This document shows positions 38,501-48,955 of a stretch of DNA of 64,000 nt, in pieces. Location of the stretch: assembly GCA_028279705.1 (NCBI GenBank), contig JANQNF010000046.1, positions 17,019 to 81,018 on the forward strand, read 5' to 3'. The notes under the pieces were generated by a model. It saw nothing but the letters and a program-made list of their open reading frames with translations, was not told the DNA's origin and ran no database searches. Within the stretch, counting starts at the first letter, position 1. Each line of letters opens with the position of its first letter. Position numbers and translations under genes: made by a program. Origin of the DNA: an archaeon. GTDB lineage: Archaea; Aenigmatarchaeota; Aenigmatarchaeia; QMZP01; JAFGSV01.

Positions 38501-38762
38501 TCCGCACCACGCTCAAAATCGCCAGTTTCAGGTCCTTTTTCTTCGGATCCTTCCTGATCTTTTCACACAGTTCTGTCCCTGTCATGGACGGCATCATCAC
38601 ATCGATGAGTATCAGGTCAGGCCTTATCTTTTCGAGCTTATCAAGACATTGCTGGCCGCTTTGTGCCGTTACAACTTCGTATCCTTCATTTTTGAGAATC
38701 TGCTCAAGAAGTACCCGGATGTCATTCTCATCATCGACAACCATGACGGTTTTTTTGGACAT
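38500..38762 (-). pseudogene. Response regulator receiver, 3'-truncated (reads through to 38277)
   Basis: VVDD, PDLILIDVMMP..G, ILS; conserved KP motif absent. Confidence 0.75.
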
Positions 38763-38807
38763 GTTGAATATTTCTTCTGATAGTTAAAATAATATAGTGT
38801 AAGAGCA

Positions 38808-39323
38808 TCACCGATCCGTGTGTGTGGGGTGATTGGAAACTTCTGCGATCGCGAGTGCTTCAACGACACCTTCTTTCACAGCTTCGTTCCCACCGTAAAT
38901 TTCTAACGGAACGCCCATGCTTAAAAAGTCTAATCCTGCTTGAGCCACCGGGCTCACCTCATCTTCTTTACCATTGCCGTTATTATTATCGCAATGCCAG
39001 ATAATTTTCGGTGCCCATTCGTATTTTTTTTCAAAATCGTGAAGCTTCTCGAAGAGATTATAGTAGATACCCAAGGAACCGCAAGTACTGATACTATCAA
39101 GTTTAATGCGAATCTTTGAGAATGTTCTACCCTTTTTTTTCATCTTATCTTCTAAAAAATCAGAGACCTCATCGTAAAATTGAGAAGAATCATGTCCATA
39201 AGAACGACCGCGTATAGTTAAAAAATCATAGCAATTCGTAGTATCTTCTCGGTAAGTAACGCGTGGTTTGTTTTCTGATCCCTCAAAGAAAACGTCGCTT
39301 TTCAATACCCTTTTTATTATCAT
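38808..39323 (-). CDS. SiaC/DUF1987-like protein
   Basis: LTIRGRSY...QFY...LDSISTCGS...IIWH...DE...G..F follows the SiaC pattern. Confidence 0.6.
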   Translation of the reverse strand: MIIKRVLKSDVFFEGSENKPRVTYREDTTNCYDFLTIRGRSYGHDSSQFYDEVSDFLEDKMKKKGRTFSKIRIKLDSISTCGSLGIYYNLFEKLHDFEKKYEWAPKIIWHCDNNNGNGKEDEVSPVAQAGLDFLSMGVPLEIYGGNEAVKEGVVEALAIAEVSNHPTHTDR

Positions 39324-39450
39324 TAATTATTTGCAATGCAAAGTTTTATAAACAGTAAATGAAATTGCATTTTTGGTACATTATACCGCACCAAATATCG
39401 AGATGTGTTTAAACCTGGTTATTTAGATAGGTCACTGTAATAATTAAACA

Positions 39451-41859
39451 ATGAGACTTGTTCATTTTGCCATATTTGGAATTGTCTGCGTGATTATTCT
39501 CACTTCCGGCTGTGTTCAGAATGAGATGCCAGCTGCGGAAACCGAATCAGGAGACGACTCACTACCTGTTGAAGAAAACGAAGGTGTCGTTGACGATGTC
39601 GGCGCTCCTTCTGAAGTTGAAGCGGGTCCAATCGCGATGCCGGACTCAGTAAGGAATAACTGTATAGGCTTCCTTATAGGGGACCCCGCTGAGACCATGA
39701 CGATCAGTAGAATTGGTGGCGCGTGGGCAAGGCCGCACCCGGGTCCATTCTCATGGGGATATATAGAGACGTCCAAGGGTGTCTACGATTTCAGCCAGAC
39801 TGATTCCTGGGTCAGAAAAACCCAGGAAAATGGCGTCGCGCTTCTTGTGACGTTCTGGCCGTTTGCCGACTGGGACCAGGATGGATGCAAGCCCGCTGAA
39901 TGCGACGCTGGCCAAGAGAGCATATTCTACCCAAGGGACGAAGGCTTCACAGACGACAAGAAGGGCGACCTGATGGGAGGTGAGCCTGAAAAGGATTTCA
40001 TAGAATCGTTTGTCCCAAGATGGAGGTGCACGCCTTGCAATTTCAGCGATTACAAGAACTTCCTAAAGAAGCTCGTTGACAGGTATGACGGTGACGGGAA
40101 AAACGACATGCCGGGCCTTACCATGCCGATACTTTACTGGGAGGTATCAAACGAGCCTGACATGCAGCACGGCTTCCACACGTTCTTCATAGGAACGCCG
40201 GGCGAATACACCCAGATACTCGAGGCAAGTTACGAGGCGATAAAGGAGGAGTGCCCTGAATGCATGGTCGTGCAGGGCGGCGCTGCGGGAATAGATGATG
40301 ATATGATCACGTTCTGGGACGGAGTTTTCAAGGCAAAAGGTGGTAACCATTTCGACATCGCAAACATCCACTACATCAATTACGGGGACATTTCAACGCT
40401 CAACGTGAAGAGGTTCAGGCAGCTTATGGACGACAACGGTGTGGGAAAACCCATATGGGTGACCGAAGTCGGCCTTGAAGACGAAAACGACGTAGTGCCA
40501 TCACTTATCGGTGCAATTGGGGCAGGAGCAGAAAAAGTCTTCCTCACGCAGTTCCATTTCATGACGTCAAAGGACGAGAAGACGGAAAAGACGATGGGCA
40601 CTTATTCAGAGGTTTTCGAAGGAATCGCGCAGAACTGTGAATCAGTCAAGCAGGAAGCTGTGGAAACTGCAGGAGATGTCGAGGAAGAACCGAAATCTTC
40701 ACTGAGCATGGACGCATATGTCAGCCTTTCAAGTCATCCTTGGCCGACGTTTCATGCAAACAATCAAAGGACGGGATTGAGCCCTTATGACACGAGCCAA
40801 GTAGATGGCACGATACTTTGGTCATACGATACAGGTAACGGCATAGAATCATCTGCTGCCATAAGCAAGGATGGAATGATATACTTTGGCTCACATGACG
40901 GATACCTTTACGCATTGGATGTCGACGGCAATTTCAAATGGAAGGCAAGTCTTGGAACGCCTGTTGAAAAGGACCATTACGGCCACATGATCAGTACGGC
41001 ATCATCGCCTGCCATTGCAGATGATGGAACTATCTATATAGTCTCGATGGAACAATATCTTTTCGCGTTCTCTCCATCGGGTGAAGAGCTGTGGAGGTTC
41101 CCCATTGGCGTATCCTTTGATACATGGGCATCCCCAGCCGTCGGCAGTGACGGAACTATATACATAACGTCAACCCAGCCAAAGGAGGGTGTGTATGCAG
41201 TCAATCCGGACGGTACGCGGAAATGGCTATACAGCGGGGATGAATCAAACATGTTCAATTCTCCTTCGATAGGAGCAGACGGGACTATATACGTAGGAAT
41301 ACCCACGAACCCTACACGTAACGAAGTAATAGCCATAAAACCCAGCGGCTCAAAGAAGTGGAGCTTAAGGACGTCGCTATTCCTCGAGTCATCGCTTGCC
41401 ATTGCAGATGACGGTACTATATACGTTGGTTCTTTTGTCGACGGCGATACCGGAGCTAGCCTTTATGCCGTAAAAGACGGAAGAGAGGTTTGGGAATTTG
41501 AAACACAGACAAAAGAAGTAATGTCGACTCCTGCCATCGGCAGTGACGGTACTATATACATGGGCGATTACAGGGATGATGGCAGCAGCCTGCACGCATT
41601 AAACCCGGACGGTACCGAGAAATGGAGCTTCCCCGTAGGCGGCTCAATAAGTTCTTCACCTGCGATAGGGTCTGACGGGACGGTATACTTTGGAGTCAGC
41701 TCACCTGGTGATGATCCATGTTTCTATGCGCTTAATCCGGACGGGACAGTGAAGTGGTCGCTTACTAGTATGGCTTCGTTCAGTGCATCACCGGCAATAG
41801 GAGCTGACGGAACGATATATATCGGGGCGTGGGATGGAAAATTCTATGCCATAGGTTAA
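39451..41859 (+). CDS. Lipoprotein: clan-A glycoside-hydrolase-like barrel + PQQ-like beta-propeller
   Basis: TSGC lipobox; WEVSNEPD and PIWVTEVG; SSPAIGxDGTIY repeats. Confidence 0.82.
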   Translation: MRLVHFAIFGIVCVIILTSGCVQNEMPAAETESGDDSLPVEENEGVVDDVGAPSEVEAGPIAMPDSVRNNCIGFLIGDPAETMTISRIGGAWARPHPGPFSWGYIETSKGVYDFSQTDSWVRKTQENGVALLVTFWPFADWDQDGCKPAECDAGQESIFYPRDEGFTDDKKGDLMGGEPEKDFIESFVPRWRCTPCNFSDYKNFLKKLVDRYDGDGKNDMPGLTMPILYWEVSNEPDMQHGFHTFFIGTPGEYTQILEASYEAIKEECPECMVVQGGAAGIDDDMITFWDGVFKAKGGNHFDIANIHYINYGDISTLNVKRFRQLMDDNGVGKPIWVTEVGLEDENDVVPSLIGAIGAGAEKVFLTQFHFMTSKDEKTEKTMGTYSEVFEGIAQNCESVKQEAVETAGDVEEEPKSSLSMDAYVSLSSHPWPTFHANNQRTGLSPYDTSQVDGTILWSYDTGNGIESSAAISKDGMIYFGSHDGYLYALDVDGNFKWKASLGTPVEKDHYGHMISTASSPAIADDGTIYIVSMEQYLFAFSPSGEELWRFPIGVSFDTWASPAVGSDGTIYITSTQPKEGVYAVNPDGTRKWLYSGDESNMFNSPSIGADGTIYVGIPTNPTRNEVIAIKPSGSKKWSLRTSLFLESSLAIADDGTIYVGSFVDGDTGASLYAVKDGREVWEFETQTKEVMSTPAIGSDGTIYMGDYRDDGSSLHALNPDGTEKWSFPVGGSISSSPAIGSDGTVYFGVSSPGDDPCFYALNPDGTVKWSLTSMASFSASPAIGADGTIYIGAWDGKFYAIG

Positions 41860-41886
41860 ATGTGTAAAATTAAGGTGAATACGTAA

Positions 41887-42405
41887 TCAGAATTCCATGC
41901 ATTCAGGTTCGTAGTATTCTTTTGGGTGCTTGCACGACGGGCACTTCTCGGGAGGCTCCTTCCCGTTGTGTATATAGCCGCATTTTGCGCACTTCCAGTT
42001 TATTGGTTCGTCCCTCTTGAACACTGTGCCTTTTTCTACCATCTCAAGAAGCTTCTTGTACCTGTCCCTGTGCTCGGCCTCGACTTTTGCAATCATCCTG
42101 AAAAGTATGGCAGCTTCCTTGTTGCCTTCCTTTTCTGCCTGCTGGGCAAACTCTGGATACATCTTAGTAGTCTCGTAGTCCTCACCTTCAATGGCCTCCT
42201 TCAGGTTAGTCTTGGTGTCCCCTATGCCTTTGAGTAGCTTGAACTCGTCCTTTGCGTGCTGCATCTCATTAATCGCGGTTTCCCTGAATATCTTGGCTAT
42301 GTACAGGTACCCTTCCTTCTCGGCAACCTTTGCGAAGTAGTCGTACTTGTTCCTTGCCTGGCTCTCGCCAGAAAATGCAGCCTTGAGATTTTCCTCAGTT
42401 GACAT
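41887..42405 (-). CDS. rbr: Rubrerythrin
   Basis: AFSGESQA, ExxHA, GEDYE, WKCAKCGY...CPSCKHP. Confidence 0.95.
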   Translation of the reverse strand: MSTEENLKAAFSGESQARNKYDYFAKVAEKEGYLYIAKIFRETAINEMQHAKDEFKLLKGIGDTKTNLKEAIEGEDYETTKMYPEFAQQAEKEGNKEAAILFRMIAKVEAEHRDRYKKLLEMVEKGTVFKRDEPINWKCAKCGYIHNGKEPPEKCPSCKHPKEYYEPECMEF

Positions 42406-42454
42406 GATTAATCCTCCTGTAGAGATTATTGCGGACTCATATAAATAAGAATAA

Positions 42455-43123
42455 TTACAGCGCCGCTGCGATGAGGTCAGGTATTATGTCTATCACGCCG
42501 TTAATCATGAACTGTATTGCTATTGCCATGACCAGTAGGCCCATGAGCCTCGTTATGATGTGCAGGCCGCCTTCCTTTACTACCTTGCTGATCCTTTCCG
42601 AGTTGACCATCATCGTGTAGGTCACGACCGCAAGCATGATTATGCCGACGAACACGCCCAGTGCGGAGAATATCCCGTTTAGAAATCCGTCAGTCACCGT
42701 CATGTTAAGAGCTTCCGTCATGAGGAGGACCACTGTCACTATGCATGCAGGCCCTGCAGTAAACGGAACCGAAAGGGGCATGAGCGAAATCTCGTTATAG
42801 TCCATTTCAGTGGCTTCTATGTGCCTCTGCTTGTGATTCATCATGTGGATTGCCATTGTGAAAAGAAGTATGCCGCCGGCTATCCTGAACGCACCTATGC
42901 TGAATCCGAACAGCTGGAATATGAAAAATCCCGTGAGCCCGAAAAACATCAGTATGGTAGCCGAGAACTTCACCGAACGTTTTGCTATCTCCCTTTTGTC
43001 GCTCTTCTTCATACCTTCGGTGAGTGATATGAAAACCGCTGAAGTGGAAACGGGGTTTGATATGACTATTATGGACACGATAGCCCCTATTATGAAACTC
43101 CCCACGACTGCAAGGTCAATCAT
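42455..43123 (-). CDS. MarC family membrane protein
   Basis: NP, AFRIAGGILL, PLSVPFTAGPA, RLMGLL. Confidence 0.92.
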   Translation of the reverse strand: MIDLAVVGSFIIGAIVSIIVISNPVSTSAVFISLTEGMKKSDKREIAKRSVKFSATILMFFGLTGFFIFQLFGFSIGAFRIAGGILLFTMAIHMMNHKQRHIEATEMDYNEISLMPLSVPFTAGPACIVTVVLLMTEALNMTVTDGFLNGIFSALGVFVGIIMLAVVTYTMMVNSERISKVVKEGGLHIITRLMGLLVMAIAIQFMINGVIDIIPDLIAAAL

Positions 43124-43145
43124 AATAACAGTTTGTACTTAACTG

Positions 43146-43901
43146 CTACTTAAAAAGTTTCGCTTCTTCACGGAGGAATCTGACTATTTGGTCAGCAGTT
43201 TCAGGCACGGAACCGTTGTACTCGAACCACTTTATCATGGGATTTCTGTTAAGTTCGAGATACTGCCTTTTTGCAAGCTCTATGATATCATTAGTTATGG
43301 TATCTTTTGCCTGTGGCAGGATAAGTTTGCCGTCTATGTATTTCTTCAGCGGAACGATTGCAACGCTCTTGCTGGCAAGGAATGAGTTTTCTTCGCATAA
43401 GATTTTCTCAAGATCAGCTACGGTCTCATCGGTCACTTCCATTTCAACCCTGTCTCTCACCTTACCCTTGAGCTCATCGCCGTCAATGACACCCTTTCGT
43501 TTTATACCGATTGTGGCAGGGTAAGTTATTTTGCTGTCGTACCCGTTCCCGATCAGTGTATTGAGAAACTTCATGTAGCAGCCCTCGAATATGGGGATTT
43601 TTCCACCGTTTTCCGAGACATTTTTAGCCGCCTCTCCTGCAAGCTTTTTGTACTCTTCCGCGTCGATGTCCTGGTCAATATCCAGGAATTCGTAAAGATG
43701 TGTTCCCACGTTCTTGTACCATTCAATTTCGCTGTTCCTTTTGACATCAACAAGCCCTGTAAAATTAGGAAAGTCCCTGTACATCATGAACTTGTCGGAG
43801 TTTACCAGGTCACCCTTTTCCATTGCCGCTATTTCGAACGCAATGTCGGTTTTTCCCGAAGTCGTGGGGCCAGTTATGACGATACAGTTCTTGTATGGCA
43901 T
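43146..43901 (-). CDS. MiaA/IPT-like isopentenyltransferase
   Basis: ITGPTTSGKT, VNSDKFMMY, HLY, PIFEG, LAKRQ. Confidence 0.7.
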   Translation of the reverse strand: MPYKNCIVITGPTTSGKTDIAFEIAAMEKGDLVNSDKFMMYRDFPNFTGLVDVKRNSEIEWYKNVGTHLYEFLDIDQDIDAEEYKKLAGEAAKNVSENGGKIPIFEGCYMKFLNTLIGNGYDSKITYPATIGIKRKGVIDGDELKGKVRDRVEMEVTDETVADLEKILCEENSFLASKSVAIVPLKKYIDGKLILPQAKDTITNDIIELAKRQYLELNRNPMIKWFEYNGSVPETADQIVRFLREEAKLFK

Positions 43902-44012
43902 TTCATCAGCCTGTGATATTAAATAATGGCAACTTTTTTAAATGGTGGCGCATGTTCGCTTCGAACGGAATGTGTGATCAATGCTTAAATTATTTTGCTA
44001 CAACTATAAAAC

Positions 44013-44210
44013 ATGTCGCCAGACCTTTACGAGCCTGCAATGAATGACGTCCTGGACACGCTTCTTGTGAATCTTGAGCAATTCACTTATTTTGCGAAAA
44101 ACGCTCTTTACATTGCAGGCGGTGTACTTGGAGCATCCGCATTGGCAGCCGGATTATGTTCGTTTGATGACGAGAATGTCCCTGAAGCCAGAAAGGAATA
44201 CCAGCTGTAA
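44013..44210 (+). CDS. Small hypothetical membrane protein
   Basis: 65 aa, one hydrophobic helix. Confidence 0.4.
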   Translation: MSPDLYEPAMNDVLDTLLVNLEQFTYFAKNALYIAGGVLGASALAAGLCSFDDENVPEARKEYQL

Positions 44211-45290
44211 TCACTTAAGCAGTGCATTCATCATGTTCAGCACTTTTGGCTGTATGTAATGGTTTATCGTGACGTTGTAACTCTCTTTCCATTCATTATC
44301 CTTCTTTGAGAACCGCTTGTGGCCAAGCCTTGCAGCAAGGAACCTGTAGAATTCCAAAAGCTCCTTCTTGTCAACTTCATCGTGCATCGATATGAACTCT
44401 TTTGCCTTCTCGGTAGCGTAATATGACCTTACTATATGGGGATAGAACGCATGGCCGCAGTACCTGTCGAACGCTTTCTTGAATTGTGCGTCGCTCAGCG
44501 GGTGGCCGGTCTTCTGGTTCACGAAAACGAAATCAGTTGGTTTCCTGTCAGAGAGTACATTCTTTAGCCTTTTCATATACGACGGCGGAAAGTCCTCAGT
44601 GAATTCCCTCGGTACCCCGCCTTTTGATATGTACTTGAAAGTGACGGAGTTCCCCTTCAGCCTCATGTCCTTTTTCTTAAGAGTCGTAAGCCCCTTGCTT
44701 CCGTGCGCCTTGTAATACATCTCGTTGCCCACCCTCATATGGGTCTTAAGGAGCGTGTACATGGCAAGCGCCATGTCATCATTCGGGTTGTCTAGCGCCT
44801 TTGTCACCTTGGCATCGATCTCCGGGTAAAGCTTCCCAAAAAGTTCCACTTCCTTGTACTTCTTCTTTACGGACTTTTCCTTCTTGTCGAGCGTGTAGCA
44901 GTACGAATAAGTACCCCCGGGGTTCCTGTAAAGCACGTCCCAGTGCGTGTTCGATGCTTCGTCGTGTATGGTCAGGTGGTCAGAAAACAATGAAAACGCC
45001 TTGTCTATCTTCCTGTTGTCGGGAAGCACGTTTATCCTCGCGCCCTGGCACTTGCCGTCCGGGGAAAGCTGCCCCTTCAGAAAATGCATGTCATTTGCGT
45101 CTATAAGAACACTGAAGTTGCTGTATGCCTTGTAAAGCTCTATAACGTGAATGGCACCCGGAAACACCCTCTCAGAAAGCTTCCATCCAGAAGAAGTCTT
45201 CTCGTAAGGCTTCAGGTCCTTGACTTTTATCCGTATCGTCCCGTTAGGAATAGTTTTCTTCTTGCTTGAAACAGGCTTTTTCTTCGTCAC
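44211..45290 (-). CDS. Short DNA topoisomerase IB-like protein
   Basis: MRVGNE.Y, GLTTL, F.Y.SK, VRSY.AT, LGH, HYI.P = R-K-R-H-Y pentad. Confidence 0.82.
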   Translation of the reverse strand: MTKKKPVSSKKKTIPNGTIRIKVKDLKPYEKTSSGWKLSERVFPGAIHVIELYKAYSNFSVLIDANDMHFLKGQLSPDGKCQGARINVLPDNRKIDKAFSLFSDHLTIHDEASNTHWDVLYRNPGGTYSYCYTLDKKEKSVKKKYKEVELFGKLYPEIDAKVTKALDNPNDDMALAMYTLLKTHMRVGNEMYYKAHGSKGLTTLKKKDMRLKGNSVTFKYISKGGVPREFTEDFPPSYMKRLKNVLSDRKPTDFVFVNQKTGHPLSDAQFKKAFDRYCGHAFYPHIVRSYYATEKAKEFISMHDEVDKKELLEFYRFLAARLGHKRFSKKDNEWKESYNVTINHYIQPKVLNMMNALLK

Positions 45291-45675
45291 ATTTTATTAT
45301 ATGCCGAATGTTGTTAAATTTATGAGAAGATGTTCAGAATTGTATTATTTTTGGTAATCATTTCCCAACCATTTAAGCTTCTGTGTTACGTTGACTGTGT
45401 TGTATGGAGAGTTGAAGCTCCCATTGTATCCTGTTCCCGGCCTGCCATTTTGCATGACCATCATGATCTTGCTCTTGTTCTTCCACCCGGCTTTCCTGTA
45501 AATTGGCATGAAGTCCATAAAGGAATAATATTCGGCCGTCAATTTTATAAACCTTTGTATAAGCGAACCCCTTTGGGGCTTCTTATTTAAATAAGTGGTA
45601 TAATTAATAGTAATCTTAGCCGCAGAGCAATGTGCTAAGTTGATGCTAAGTTAAAAAAATAAGGTGGTTTGTAAT

Positions 45676-48300
45676 ATGACAAAATCAGAAAAAATGGTAT
45701 ACTTCTTCGGCGAAGGGGATACTAAGGATAAAAAGCTTCTTGGAGGTAAGGGTGCAAATCTCGGCAGCATGACCAAGATCGGTCTTCCGGTGCCGCCCGG
45801 TTTCACAGTCACCGCCAAGGTGTGCATAAATGTTAACAAGACGGGGAAGTGGCCCGCAAGGCTTCTTGGTGAGATAGAGGAAAACGTAGTGGCGCTTGAG
45901 AAGAAGATGGGCAAGAAGTTTGGGGACAACCAGAACCCGCTTCTCATGTCCGTACGTTCGGGTGCTGCAGTTTCAATGCCGGGAATGATGGATACGGTCC
46001 TCAATCTCGGACTCAACGACGAGGCAGTCGAGGGACTTGCAAAGCAGTCCGGCAACGAAAGGTTTGCATGGGACTCCTACAGGAGGTTCATACAGATGTT
46101 TGGCGACGTCGTCATGGGCGTCGAGCATTCAAGCTTTGAGCACGCGCTTGAGAAGGTCAAGGCAGGAAGGCAGGACACCGATCTCTCCGTAGACGACCTC
46201 AAGAATGTCGTTGAGAGTTACAAGATGGTCGTAAAGGAAAGCGCAGGAAAGCTTTTCCCCCAGGACCCCATGCACCAGCTGAAGATGTCAGTAGACGCCG
46301 TTTTCAACTCATGGGATGGAAAGAGGGCTAAGGTCTACAGGAGGCTCAACGGCATTCCTGACGACATGGGAACTGCAGTGAACGTACAGGTAATGGTATT
46401 CGGTAACCTCGGCTGGGAATCCGGCACAGGTGTCGGCTTCACGAGGAACCCGGCGACGGGTGAGAACCTCCTTTACGGTGAATACCTCATGAACGCGCAG
46501 GGTGAGGACGTCGTTGCAGGCATAAGGACACCAAAGCACTTTGACGATATGAAAAAGGAGCTTCCAGGAAGCTACAAGGAACTCCAGGAGATCAGAAAGA
46601 CCCTGGAGAAGAACTACAAGGACATGCAGGACTTCGAGTTCACGATCGAGAAGGGCAAGATGTACATTCTGCAGACAAGGGACGGCAAGAGGACCGCAAA
46701 GGCTGCGGTGAAAGTCGCTGTTGACATGGTAAAGGAAAAGCTCCTCACAGAAGACGAGGCGCTCATGAAGATGAAGGCAGACCAGCTCGACCAGCTGCTT
46801 CACAAGCAGATAGACCCGGAAGCAAAGAAGAAGGCAGTGGCGATCGCAAAGGGCCTCCCTGCATCACCCGGTGCAGCTGTAGGCAAAGCCGTATTCACAG
46901 CAGACGAGGCTGCAGCCATAAAGGAGAAGAACCCAAAAGAAAAGCTCGTCCTTATACGAACGGAGACAAGTCCCGAAGACATTGAGGGCATGGACGCTGC
47001 AGAAGGCATCCTTACCGCAAGGGGCGGTATGACTTCCCACGCAGCAGTCGTTGCCAGGGGCATGGGCAAGTGCTGCGTTGCAGGCTGTGAGTCAATCAGT
47101 GTAAACGACAAGACAAAGGAGTTCAAGGTCGCTGAAAAGATCATAAAGGCTGGAGAGATCGTAAGCCTTGACGGTTCCACTGGCGAGGTGTACGACGTTG
47201 CTCTCGACCTGATAGAGCCAGAAATTGGCGGGGACTTCGGGACCATAATGGAATGGTGCGACAAGCGAAAGAAGCTTTCCGTCAAGACGAACGCCGACAC
47301 GCCGCACGACTCTGAGATAGCCAAGAAATTCGGTGCAGAAGGCATCGGGCTCTGCAGGACAGAGCACATGTTCTTCAAGCCTGAAAGGATCATGGCTGTA
47401 AGGGAGATGATCCTCGCAGAAGACCTTGAGGGAAGGCACAAGGCACTCGCAAAGATACAGCCGTTCCAAAAGGAGGATTTCAAGGGACTGTTCAAGGTGA
47501 TGAGCGGGATGCCGATCGTGATAAGGCTTCTGGACCCGCCGCTTCACGAATTCCTTCCGCACGAGGACAAGGAGATAAACGAAGTATCCAAGCAGATGAA
47601 CGTTCCGGCGTCAAAGCTTAAGGAAACCATGGAAGGGATGAAGGAATTCAACCCGATGCTTGGCTTCAGGGGATGCAGGCTTGGTGTCAGGTATCCTGAG
47701 ATAAACGCCATGCAGGCACGCGCAATCTTCGAGGCTGCATTCGAGGCCAAGAAGGAAGGCGCCGACCCGAAACCGTGGATCGAGGTGCCGCTCATAGGAA
47801 GCGTCAAGGAGCTGACGATGGTAAAGGAGATAATCGAAGGCGTTGCAGTGGAGCTTGGCGCAAACGGAAAGATCGATTACAAGATCGGGACCATGATAGA
47901 AGTTCCAAGGGCAGCGATGACCGCAGACGAGATTGCAAAGGAAGCGGACTTCATGTCATTTGGAACAAACGACCTCACCCAGATGGGCTGTGGTTTCAGC
48001 AGGGACGATGCAGCAAAGTTCCTAAAGATTTACGTCGAGAAGGGAATATACGTAAGCGACCCGTTCCAGGTGCTCGACCAAAGCGGCATAGGAAAGCTCA
48101 TGGAGTATTGCATAAACCTTGCCAAGAAGGCAAAGCCTGACATCCACATAGGAATATGTGGTGAGCACGGCGGCGAGCCCGAATCAGTCAAGTTCTGCCA
48201 CAGGGCGGGACTTCACGAGGTGAGCTGTTCACCGTTCAGGGTGCCGATAGCAAGGCTTGCTGCGGCACAGGCTGCAATCGAGGAGAAAATGAAAAAGTAG
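45676..48300 (+). CDS. ppdK: Pyruvate, phosphate dikinase
   Basis: GGKGANL, SVRSGA..SMPGMMDT, GGMTSHAAVVARG, GIGLCRTEHM, SFGTNDL. Confidence 0.97.
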   Translation: MTKSEKMVYFFGEGDTKDKKLLGGKGANLGSMTKIGLPVPPGFTVTAKVCINVNKTGKWPARLLGEIEENVVALEKKMGKKFGDNQNPLLMSVRSGAAVSMPGMMDTVLNLGLNDEAVEGLAKQSGNERFAWDSYRRFIQMFGDVVMGVEHSSFEHALEKVKAGRQDTDLSVDDLKNVVESYKMVVKESAGKLFPQDPMHQLKMSVDAVFNSWDGKRAKVYRRLNGIPDDMGTAVNVQVMVFGNLGWESGTGVGFTRNPATGENLLYGEYLMNAQGEDVVAGIRTPKHFDDMKKELPGSYKELQEIRKTLEKNYKDMQDFEFTIEKGKMYILQTRDGKRTAKAAVKVAVDMVKEKLLTEDEALMKMKADQLDQLLHKQIDPEAKKKAVAIAKGLPASPGAAVGKAVFTADEAAAIKEKNPKEKLVLIRTETSPEDIEGMDAAEGILTARGGMTSHAAVVARGMGKCCVAGCESISVNDKTKEFKVAEKIIKAGEIVSLDGSTGEVYDVALDLIEPEIGGDFGTIMEWCDKRKKLSVKTNADTPHDSEIAKKFGAEGIGLCRTEHMFFKPERIMAVREMILAEDLEGRHKALAKIQPFQKEDFKGLFKVMSGMPIVIRLLDPPLHEFLPHEDKEINEVSKQMNVPASKLKETMEGMKEFNPMLGFRGCRLGVRYPEINAMQARAIFEAAFEAKKEGADPKPWIEVPLIGSVKELTMVKEIIEGVAVELGANGKIDYKIGTMIEVPRAAMTADEIAKEADFMSFGTNDLTQMGCGFSRDDAAKFLKIYVEKGIYVSDPFQVLDQSGIGKLMEYCINLAKKAKPDIHIGICGEHGGEPESVKFCHRAGLHEVSCSPFRVPIARLAAAQAAIEEKMKK

Positions 48301-48309
48301 GTGACATGA

Positions 48310-48954
48310 ATGGTGAAGATGATATTCCTCGGCGCACCGGGTGTTGGAAAAGGCACCCACTCAAATCTCGTTGCAGAAGCCCACGGAATCGTCAAGATAT
48401 CGACAGGCGACCTCCTGAGGGAGAACGTCAAGGCAGGGACCGAGCTGGGACTGAAGGCAAAGGAATACATGGATGCTGGGGGCCTTGTTCCAGACGACCT
48501 TGTCATAGCGCTTCTGAAGGACAGGATATCAAAGGATGACTGCGGGAAGGGCTTCATCCTTGACGGCTTCCCAAGGACAATACCTCAGGCAGAGGCTCTT
48601 TCCGGCATAACGGAAATAGACCTCGTTGTCAACCTTTCGGCACCAGAAGAAGTCATAATAGGAAGGCTCTCCGGAAGGTGGACGTGCAAAAAGTGCGACG
48701 CCATCTACCACGAGCTCAACATAAAGCCAAAGGTCGAGGGCGTGTGCGACAAGTGCGGCGGCGAGCTTTACCAAAGGGACGACCAGAAGCCAGAAGTCGT
48801 GAAGAAGAGGCTTGAGACCTACCAGAAGGACACCGCACCTCTCATAGACTTCTACAAAAGCAAGGGAAGCTTCATCGAAGTCAACGTCGAAGGAAACGTC
48901 GAGGAAGTCAACAAAAGGGTGCAGGAAGCAATTAACGATAAACTTAACGGTTGA
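48310..48954 (+). CDS. adk: Adenylate kinase (bacterial type, Zn lid)
   Basis: GAPGVGKGT, STGDLLR, LDGFPRT, CKKC..CDKC. Confidence 0.95.
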   Translation: MVKMIFLGAPGVGKGTHSNLVAEAHGIVKISTGDLLRENVKAGTELGLKAKEYMDAGGLVPDDLVIALLKDRISKDDCGKGFILDGFPRTIPQAEALSGITEIDLVVNLSAPEEVIIGRLSGRWTCKKCDAIYHELNIKPKVEGVCDKCGGELYQRDDQKPEVVKKRLETYQKDTAPLIDFYKSKGSFIEVNVEGNVEEVNKRVQEAINDKLNG

Positions 48955-48955
48955 A

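Noticed and set aside
45345..45542. 65-aa ORF between topIB and ppdK
   Set aside because: TTG start, no motif, and competes with an opposite-strand ORF.
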